The notes below the pieces were generated by a model. It had not been told where the DNA came from. It searched no databases and saw only the letters and a program-made list of their open reading frames with translations. DNA of 20,000 nucleotides from Peribolospora baueri (taxonomy: Eukaryota): the NCBI GenBank assembly GCA_029717555.1, contig JAMDHS010000093.1, positions 60,607-80,606 of the forward strand, given 5' to 3'. A program made the translations under genes and the position numbers. Position 1 is the first letter of the stretch. Each line of letters starts with the position of its first letter. Shown here one piece after another: positions 12,618-20,000 of this stretch.

Positions 12618-14899
12618 ATGCCTACGGCGGTAGCCCATCGCGTTCAACAAGAGCAGGCGGCCATGACCGCCGAGCAGAGCCTGGTAACAGTGAAAAAGCT
12701 GGTTCACACCAGCCTGGGTATTCTCACGTACCTCAGGTACGCCTGCGCCCAACACCGCCGTCCTTGCCCTTTGTCGCCGCCCGTTGACTCGCTGAGCATG
12801 CACGTATGCCCCCACCCATCTCCCGTTTTGCGTCGCTGACCTGACCCGGGACGATACTTCAGGGGCGTCTTTCCAGAGGAGAACTATCAGGACGAATACG
12901 TCCCTTCAGGACGCTCCAACAGGAAGCGCGACGCCATCAAGGTCAAGACGATTCGCAGAGGCTACAGCCGCGAGGCGGACATGCTGCTCGACTACTGGGT
13001 CCGTCGCTCTCTTCCTCAATGATTGAAGTGCGACGGTGTAAGCGCTTATCCCAGCCCGCATCTCCCATTCCGTCCACAGGAGCAAGGCGTCGTGGACGCT
13101 CTCGAGAAGGGATATCTCGCCAATATCATCTTCGCCATCTACTTGGACCCCAATGATCCGTGCAATATCGTCGAAGTGAGCCGTCTCAGAACGAATGTGT
13201 CTTGCATTACATATAACCATCTGATGCGGTGTAGCACCGCCCTTCTTTATACAGGCATACACCTTCAAGTGTGTTCCGCTAGTCCGCTTCAGGCATGTCA
13301 GCCAACCGTTCATCATATTTATGCTTCATTTTCGCGCATACAGCTTCACATATCACGCCATACCATCGTCGGATGCTAAGATTCCGGTCATGGAGGTCCA
13401 CGACAAGCTGCGCGGCCTGAGGCTTGGCCAATCGGCTGAGCCATTCAAGTTCGGAGAGAAGAGCATGCCCACCGTCAAGGACGTTCGGTCTAGTGTTCAG
13501 GTTTGTACTGGAATCAGGAGGTTTAACGTACGCTCTAGTACTTTAACGTGCCATTACCCGTCCCGAGCAGGCCCTGATCAGGACATTGATCACCTTGACC
13601 CAAAGCATGACCGAGTTGCCCAGTGAGGACTTCTGGTTGCGGAATTTCTGCCTGATCCGCTCAAAGCCTCACTCGCCCTTCTCGATGTCACAGGGAAGCG
13701 GTACATATCCCTGAAGATGTATTACAGCGAGGGGACGCCGGAAAGCTACGAGCCTCGGCACTTCTACAGAGTCGACAGCGAGAAGAACCAAGTAAGACAG
13801 CCTATGGCGGGCGCGACGCGGACAAGGCCGAGCTTATCCGCTTCTCTTTCCCTTCTTCATACCTGTGTATCAGTTCCTGTTTGGGACCAAGGAGCTCACC
13901 GAAGGCCCCGTCCAGTTCCGCATCGGCAAGGTCGACACTGGTCATCACGGGTGAGAGCCTCTCCACGAATCATGCTACAAAGTGAATCAAGCCTATATGC
14001 GCATTATTTCGATCCTCCGTAGGTTCTCTCTTCACGTAGCTTCTTTGGCCGACTCTCTCCCACCGCCCATTCACTACGACGATTACGCGGCCGCATCCAA
14101 GCTGGACCCTGCGATTGTCAATGACAAGGTGGTTCGTCGCCGGTACGACGACGAACAGCAAGCTGCCAGCGCAAAAGAGAGGACGGTGTTTTGGAACGCT
14201 GAAGAGCAGGCGCTTGAGAGCGACGAGGACCAAAACCCGAACGCCATCGTGCCAAGGTCCGTTTTGCAGGAAACCAATAGGGCAGTGACAAGGAAGAACG
14301 GGAACGTGAGCGTGATGAATCAGGACGTGAATGAAATGCTAAGGAGACAGGTGAGTCCAACCTCTGTGTCGCAGCGGAGGTGCTGTTGAAGCTTCCTTTC
14401 TTCAGACCTGTCCAGCTCACACATTTTCGTTGACTCGCTACCATTACAGGCGGAAGGTCCGAAGCGTTGCTCCATCTCATCCTTCCCGCCTACTCAGCCC
14501 ATAGACGAGTCTGCGGACGTGGTACTCAGTCAGCCCGCCGCGGGGCCCGCCGCAGAAACGTCCAGGACCCCCGGTCCTGTCTCGAGCTCTCGCGACCTTG
14601 GCCGTCAGGAGGAGATTCCCCCGGCCACCGCTGCCGACGACGAGACCATGCCTGACATCGTCCCGCTCGCTCGTGTGCAGACGCCGACCCCAACTCGAGC
14701 GCCAAGCCGCACCACAACTCGATCCAAGCAGCTGCCCACGAAGCGCAAGGCCTCGGATTCGCAGAACCACTACGACGGCCGAGACCGGCACGGACAGGCG
14801 TACAAGGGAATGGCAACGCGCACTCGTGCCAAGCGCAAGTGCTCCATGGCACCTGGCATCGACATCCAGGTGGAGGAGATGGAAGCCGAGTCGGAATAA
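12618..14899 (+). CDS. HOP1: Meiotic chromosome-axis HORMA-domain protein (Hop1/HORMAD-like), ~508 aa. Exons 12618-12736, 12863-12998, 13080-13175, 13255-13268, 13344-13500, 13571-13622, 13694-13791, 13874-13950, 14023-14350, 14450-14899
   Basis: Spliced product QSLVTVKKLVHTSLGILTYLRGVFPEENY...DMLLDYWEQGVVDALEKGYLANIIFAIYLDPNDPCNIVEAYTFNFTY...LIRTLITLTQSMTELPRKRYISLKMYYSEGTPESYEPRHF...IGKVDTGHHGFSLHV is a meiotic-type HORMA domain. The C-terminal KRKCS segment resembles a closure motif. The 1527 nt stay in frame. Confidence 0.9.
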
Positions 14900-15214
14900 T
14901 AGGGTGTGTCCCTTTGACGTATTTCTCCGTAAACCGATTTTGCGTGTAAAGTACAAGTAGCGTGCGTCCGACGTACATCCGTTATTTCCTACGGCGACGG
15001 TAATGAATCTGCATCCAGCGGCGATACTGGCGCCCGGGGCGAAAGCCGGCGGCAACCCCGATCGATGCATGCGCGCGCACGTGGGCGGGGAAGGGAACGT
15101 GCGGATAACGGTGCTGCGGCTACTGATACGGCGCGGGTGCTGCGGATGCATCCGATGGCGATATACGGACGCGATCATGCAGCAACTCGACTTGGACTTC
15201 CCCACCACGCCCCC

Positions 15215-16483
15215 ATGAAATACCTCGAATATCCTGAGCTCGAGCTCCTCTCCAAGGCGCTCACCTTTGAGTCGCCAGAATGCAAGGTCAACACTCGCTT
15301 CGAGGCGTACACCTGCAAAGCCGTAGCCAGGGAGAAGCGCCTCTTCAAGGCGCTCGAGTCCAACTATGTCGAGGATATCTCCCACTCTGCCTCGCTCTCC
15401 CCGCCTGAACAGCATCGCGGCGCCATGCTCTCCGCCTTCGGCCCCTTAGACGAGCCCCGGAGTAGGAAGACGCTTTACCTCTTGATTGCCACCCTCAATG
15501 GTGCCTTCCCCGATCACGACTTCTCTGAGGTTCGACCCGAGGCGTTCAGAAGGGAACCCAGCGCAAGCTTCGTACTTAACAGCCTCAGCCAGACGCTCCT
15601 CAGCCTCCGCTCCAGCTCGGGCGCTCCCAGGTCGTACTCTTCCTATCCAGACCCGTCTTGGGATGATGCCGCCTCTTCTCCCTCTCAATCGTTTTCTCCA
15701 CCGTCGCACTCCTCGGCGGCGGCCCGAGCCGCAGGCTCCTTGAGCGCGGGCAGTGTTCCGCCGGTGATCAGCCATCCCGTGCTGCAGCGACTGCTCGATA
15801 ACGTTATAGGCGTGCAAGACTCGGAGGTTTACACTTACAATCCGGACGTCGATTCTGACCCGCACGCCACGAGCGAGGACGAGGACGAGGACTGGGACGA
15901 GGAGGAGGAGGACGCTGATGAGGAGGGAGACTGGTCGAGCGATCGAAGCGATGGGATGGCAGTGGACCATGAGGACATGGACGAGGAAGACGAAGAGGTG
16001 GATATAGACGATCAAGACGCGCCGCTCTTTGACGAAGATGTCTACGGGACAGGTTTCGCCTCCCCCGCCGACGGAACGCCCGCCCAGACCACCCCGCCCG
16101 CCACGCCGTCGTCCAAGCGCAAATCCAAAGGATTCTCTCGTCGTTACCGCCATTCTGCAGCCGCCGCTGCGTTGTCCAAGGGAGGCATTAACACCATACC
16201 GGCCACGTATACATACGGAAAGCATGCCTCTCCCATCCACCGTCATGGACCCTCTTCCCTTGGCTCGTCCTCACGGGGCACCGGCGTCGACTCCAAGCGC
16301 ACTGGTATGACGGGTCTGGGAAGGACAGCTATGTCAGTGGACGCAGGGACGGACGCCACGGGAGGCCTCCTCTGGACGACTTATGCCTTCTTCTACAATC
16401 GGAAGATGAAGAGGGTCCTCTTCGTCAGTGTCTGGGCCAGGAAGAATACGTCGAGGAGGGCTGTCGATGGTTGGGACCTCTGA
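15215..16483 (+). CDS. MAF1: Repressor of RNA polymerase III transcription Maf1, intronless, ~422 aa
   Basis: Box A MKYLEYPELELLSKALTF..EAYTCKAVAREKRLFK; box B FGPLDEPRSRKTLYLLIATLNGAFPDHDFSEVRPEAF; box C VYTYNPD..DP and GLLWTTYAFFYNRKMKRVLF. The start is placed at the conserved MKYL rather than at the ORF-track ATG at 15065. Confidence 0.93.
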   Translation: MKYLEYPELELLSKALTFESPECKVNTRFEAYTCKAVAREKRLFKALESNYVEDISHSASLSPPEQHRGAMLSAFGPLDEPRSRKTLYLLIATLNGAFPDHDFSEVRPEAFRREPSASFVLNSLSQTLLSLRSSSGAPRSYSSYPDPSWDDAASSPSQSFSPPSHSSAAARAAGSLSAGSVPPVISHPVLQRLLDNVIGVQDSEVYTYNPDVDSDPHATSEDEDEDWDEEEEDADEEGDWSSDRSDGMAVDHEDMDEEDEEVDIDDQDAPLFDEDVYGTGFASPADGTPAQTTPPATPSSKRKSKGFSRRYRHSAAAAALSKGGINTIPATYTYGKHASPIHRHGPSSLGSSSRGTGVDSKRTGMTGLGRTAMSVDAGTDATGGLLWTTYAFFYNRKMKRVLFVSVWARKNTSRRAVDGWDL

Positions 16484-16539
16484 GATGGACGGAACAGGCT
16501 AGCGGTGAACCGATAAGCGCACAGTCCACCTTGCATGAT

Positions 16540-16935
16540 GATCTCCCTTCCTCCTCCTCTTTCTTTCTTCCTTGACCTCCCTCTTTTTTCTTTTCCTCTT
16601 CCTGCTCTATCTTTCATAACGACCGTCCGTTCCCGTTTCGTTCGGCGGCTTTCGTTTTTTCTGCCTTTCTACGCATCGCTCGCGACAGCGGGCGATGCTC
16701 AGTCGTTCTTCCCTGCTCTTTCTTTGTTAATCTTCCCCGCTCCCCCTCCCTTTTCTTGTCTTATTTAACGTGGTCCGCATGGTCGGACTGTCGCTGTATC
16801 TTCCCCCTTGTCTCCTGTCTTCCTTTTTGACCTATTTTGCTTGTGGCTGCTCTTCTTCTCGTTGGACTATCGTCTCATTTATTCTTCTTCTCCTTCTTCC
16901 TGTTGTGTATGTACGCATTTTGTACGTTCCTTCCT
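16540..16935 (+). repeat. Long CT-rich low-complexity tract, probably the MAF1 3' UTR
   Basis: Extended pyrimidine runs (e.g. CTCCCTTCCTCCTCCTCTTTCTTTCTTCC) directly downstream of the MAF1 stop. The ORFs here are low-complexity artefacts. Confidence 0.6.
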
Positions 16936-18048
16936 GTACGTTTGCCCGTTCGTGATGTGGTGCAATGCATCTGGAAACTTGGAAACCCGAGCTAAGAAAG
17001 TGAAGAATGACGCCATTGAAGACGGACTAGCGGTGAATACCGTATGGGAGCCGTTCGGTAGCAGTGTAATGCAGAGGCAATTTGCGCACGGACATGGCAT
17101 TCGTCCCTTGGCACACACATCACCGATGACAGGTCTAACTGGTCGGCCTCCACTTCGGCGCAGATGCCGTCGAAGTCGCGAAGGTCAATCCTTTCTGCCC
17201 GAAGGTGGACCTCATCAAAGGTAGCTGGCCCTTGAATCGCCTTTACACCGAACATGCGGCACAGCTCCCGCCAGAGTTTTGACCTTTTCGAGCCGCGCTT
17301 CCTCGTCTCCATCTCTCAGCCATCCATACATCTCTTCAGATTCGCCCATCTTTTCGATCCTCACTTCCGGCTTCGAACTCCCCACTCACTCGCCTTTCCG
17401 CGCTTCAATGCCGCCTTCCGCCGCGTCCAATTTCCAACAAGGAACTTGCTTAGCTTTATTACCTTCGCCTGTCACGTGCCTCATCGCCAACACTAGCGTG
17501 AGGCAGCGCACACCTAGATAACGCATGCACGCCGTTGTCCAAGTTCCGCTGTACGAGGCGTCCTGTCGTGGGAGCGGCGGACGGGATGAGGGCGAAATGG
17601 TGACGAAGGAAGGGAATGACCAGATAGGCCCTGCTACCAAATTGTCGTGGGAGCGAGTAGTCGTTACAGCGGAAGCGATAGAGATACAGAGGAAAGAGAG
17701 AGACAGAGAAGAGACGAGACGAAGAGAACTGGATCGATTTGGTTGGTTGTAGTAAGGTGAAGGGCGTCCTCCAGGGATGCCCTGAGTCCCTGTACTTATG
17801 TACATGGGGTCAGGCTCATGGGACGAGTAACAAGGGAGGACTAAGGGGAAATGAGTGAATCACGTGCGCCTGCGCGGCGTGTGTGAACAATGAATACGCG
17901 TGGGGCGTATATATGCTATGAAGCGGAGGAACGATGGGGAGTGTTCCACGACACGTCCGATCAACGCGGTGGCCCGCACCGCTAGTCCGAATAACCCTCC
18001 CCGGGCGGAGGATACACATTCGACGAGGTCAACCGGTCCGGCGGGTCC

Positions 18049-18282
18049 ATGAGCAACACGGTCCACATCGCTGGCAAGAACCAGATCTCGGGCACCCAGC
18101 GTGGGTCCGAGGCCGTCTTCACTCTCACTTCGAATGCGCTCGGCCCCACTTGCCTCGGCGTCAAGGACTGGCAGGTCGAGCGTCGCAGCGACTGGACCGG
18201 ATGGGGCTGGGGCGACAACATTCGCGTCACCAGCTCTGGCCAGCCTTGCGCGGACGTCGAGCTCGTTCAGCACGCCTGCTGA
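18049..18282 (+). other. Orphan small ORF or remnant terminal exon (77 aa, 3 Cys, Trp/Gly-rich)
   Basis: By hand count, 65 of 77 codons end in G/C and only one ends in A. The frame is open upstream to 17995. No recognisable family. Confidence 0.45.
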
Positions 18283-18843
18283 GTCGTTCAAAGGCCAAGG
18301 CCAGCCGAGCGACAGCCGGATTCGACGGATCAAGAAGTCCGTTGCTCTTCTGAAGTCGGTTCGTTCCCGGACTGACGCATCGTTAGCGGAAGCAAAAAAA
18401 CCGAGGAGGGAGGAGTTCTTGGTGATGAGGCGTCCATGATGAGACGAATATTGCACTTGTATGCTCGTATATGCAACCTCAGCACACGTAACGATGAACG
18501 ATCCACACTACCTTCTCGCACCGCATCGACAGCCGTGAACGCGACTGCGGCCTCCTCCACGGTGCTGTGGACCTGTGGCCTCCAGGAAGAGGGCGTGAGA
18601 GAAGAACGGCGGTGAAGACATGCTTCGATTGGATTGGGAGCAGCGCAAGCTGGCAAAGGTGGGCTACCAACTCGCATCGACCTGCGCATAAGGGTACCGC
18701 GGCAGTCCGCCGCTGACTTAGCCTCGGATCAACACACCGACTAGTGCCTATAGGTATACTCTTCTGGAATCTGCCTAAGGTTCCACGCTAGAAGCGCGTC
18801 GATCACTTGCATACGACGCCTGAAGACAGCTTCCAATTTGCCG

Positions 18844-18895
18844 CCAAGCGGGCTCCAAGCGGGCTCCGAGCGAAACTCCAAGCGAACTCTTAAGC
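18844..18895 (+). repeat. Degenerate 11-12 bp tandem repeat (CCAAGCGGGCT x2, CCGAGCGAAACT, CCAAGCGAACT, partial copy)
   Basis: Read directly from the sequence. Confidence 0.85.
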
Positions 18896-19537
18896 CAACG
18901 CCAAAAAACCAAAAAATCAACTTTTAAAGAAGGCATTTCGAGTGCATATAAAGCACATACTTGACAAAGGAGGGGAAACGAGCGGTTGCAGCTTATAGTG
19001 ATCCACGTAGACGCCTTTGATCAAAGGGCGTTGAATCCAGGTACGATGGGGCGACCAGCGACTGGGGTTTTGTGGATCTTAGGAATCAGCTTGAACTGCG
19101 GGAGCTGCGGTCCATCTTCAGCAAGTAGACTGGCTAGAGAGAAGCCACTTCCCTTCCTGGGGGGATAAGGAGGAGCCGAAGAGGCGAACGAGGCGTTTAA
19201 GCGTAGCTACCCAGCGCCCCGGTTCGGGAGTCGCTAGAGTGTAGATGCCGCTGACGCAGGGCTTCATCGGTGTACCATGTCTCGGAGACGATGGTGTCAA
19301 GAACAGAACTAGAAAGGGTGTCATGAACTTTACCCAAGCACTTCCAGTATTCCATCACGTGACCATCCGCAGCTTTTGACGCGTGCCGGCCCTCTCTTGT
19401 GCGGGGCCCCCACATGGCTTGTCTATAAAGACTGGCGGTACTCCTCATCTGTCATGAACGCTGCCTCCGATCCGAGATGACACGACTGCCTTGCGCCGAC
19501 GCATGCATATAGGGGGCCCAACAGGGCCTCCACCTCT

Positions 19538-19587
19538 ATGTCAGGGAGGACTTCCCTACTCGAATGTCAGGGAGGACTTCCCTACTC
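19538..19587 (+). repeat. Direct repeat: 2 x ATGTCAGGGAGGACTTCCCTACTC (24 bp, 26-bp period), each copy with an AGGGA/TCCCT hairpin
   Basis: Exact copies at 19538-19561 and 19564-19587. Confidence 0.9.
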
Positions 19588-19838
19588 AGGTCGGGTCACG
19601 AGCGAGGGACAGAGGACGGAATGGAGGTCCACCGGAAGTCGACACAAAGCAAGGAGCAGGCAAGTCGGGGACAGGGACGAGGACAGGAACGAGGATGGGG
19701 CGGAGGCTGGGACAGAGGTGCTGATGCTGGACGGGGAACTCTGGAGGAAACCTGAGCGATGACAAAAGTATTCTTAGCTTGGGGAGGAAAGATGCGGACG
19801 CCCTGTCCGGCTCTCTTTATATACACGTTCATGAACCG

Positions 19839-19938
19839 TGCAGCACCGCAGCTCCTATGTTCCAGCCTTGCAACACCGCAGCTCCTATGTCTGAGTCTAT
19901 GAGCACGAGGTTCTGAGCGGAGTTTCTGAGCGGAGGTT
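19839..19938 (+). repeat. Direct repeats: 2 x TGCA(G/A)CACCGCAGCTCCTATGT (19839-19860, 19869-19890) and ~2.5 x GAG(G/T)TTCTGAGCG (19907-19938)
   Basis: Read directly; they lie in the putative U3 part of the LTR. Confidence 0.85.
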
Positions 19939-20000
19939 TGTGACAGTACCCCCGGGGCTAAGCGTGAGCTCCGCGGGCGCGGTTGAGACGTCGTTGGCCT

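Larger units (their letters stand above)
19450..19945 (-). mobile_element. Long terminal repeat (~496 bp), probably the 3' LTR of a Ty3/gypsy-like retrotransposon that continues beyond the right edge
   Basis: Termini TGTCA (19450-19454) and TGACA (19941-19945) are inverted. On the - strand the LTR is immediately preceded by GGGGGTAC (19953-19946), a PPT-like junction typical of fungal gypsy elements. TATATAAA lies on the - strand at 19823-19816. There are internal tandem duplications. The flanks (TCATC / GTACC) are not a TSD, so this is not a solo LTR. Confidence 0.65.

Noticed and set aside
11717..12633. Short ORFs or a snoRNA in the DOA1-HOP1 spacer
   Set aside because: No codon bias, splice pattern or homology; no convincing C/D or H/ACA box pair with a terminal stem.
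15065..15214. 50-aa N-terminal extension of Maf1 as the annotated start
   Set aside because: Maf1 proteins begin at the conserved MK(Y/F/L)L, and the extension is not protein-like. It is kept only as a possible alternative start.
14477..16246. Long antisense ORFs (14477-15415, 312 aa; 15446-16246, 266 aa)
   Set aside because: Shadows of the GC-rich, codon-biased HOP1 and MAF1 coding strands; no recognisable domains.
1428..16483. Functional genome-maintenance cluster (RAD3, DOA1, HOP1, MAF1)
   Set aside because: These are unrelated, typically single-copy genes from different pathways; adjacency alone is not evidence of a co-regulated system.
17386..17388. In-frame TGA as selenocysteine or programmed readthrough
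   Set aside because: No redox-motif context or recognisable SECIS, and Dikarya lack Sec machinery. A nonsense mutation or chance is simpler.
18724..18746. Helitron 3' end (hairpin plus CTAG)
   Set aside because: The stem is only 4 bp and directly abuts CTAG, and no matching 5' end or Rep/helicase sequence is seen.
16484..19449. Mating pheromone precursor (short ORF ending in CAAX) or MAT-locus signature near HOP1
   Set aside because: None of the listed ORFs ends in CAAX (the orphan ORF ends QHAC). No receptor or homeodomain gene is seen. ORFs under 60 aa were not exhaustively checked.
19538..19890. Hairpin-containing direct repeats as a CRISPR-like array
   Set aside because: Only two copies each, 2-8 bp gaps rather than spacers, eukaryotic context, no cas genes; explained as LTR-internal duplications.

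Overview
Eukaryotic, intron-rich fungal DNA with GT-AG introns of about 70-160 bp; the proteins look basidiomycete-like (inference). Bases 1-16.5 kb are a compact block of conserved genes, reconstructed by hand exon by exon: the 5' part of the AP-2 mu2 adaptin gene (-), the TFIIH helicase RAD3/XPD (+, 14 exons), a membrane-type short-chain dehydrogenase (-, 6 exons), DOA1/UFD3/PLAA (-, 15 exons), a meiotic HORMA-domain protein HOP1 (+, 10 exons, including a 14-nt micro-exon) and an intronless MAF1 (+). The last 3.5 kb is accessory or degenerate. It holds an orphan Cys/Trp-containing small ORF with strong codon bias, several minisatellites, and a ~496-bp LTR (TGTCA...TGACA) with an adjacent PPT-like site, read as the 3' end of a Ty3/gypsy-like element on the - strand. 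The most notable items are a HOP1 that lacks the PHD/winged-helix chromatin-binding region, an unbroken in-frame run from the DOA1 stop into the SDR gene, a uORF whose stop overlaps the MAF1 ATG, and the orphan ORF. I see no convincing evidence for a novel multi-gene system.
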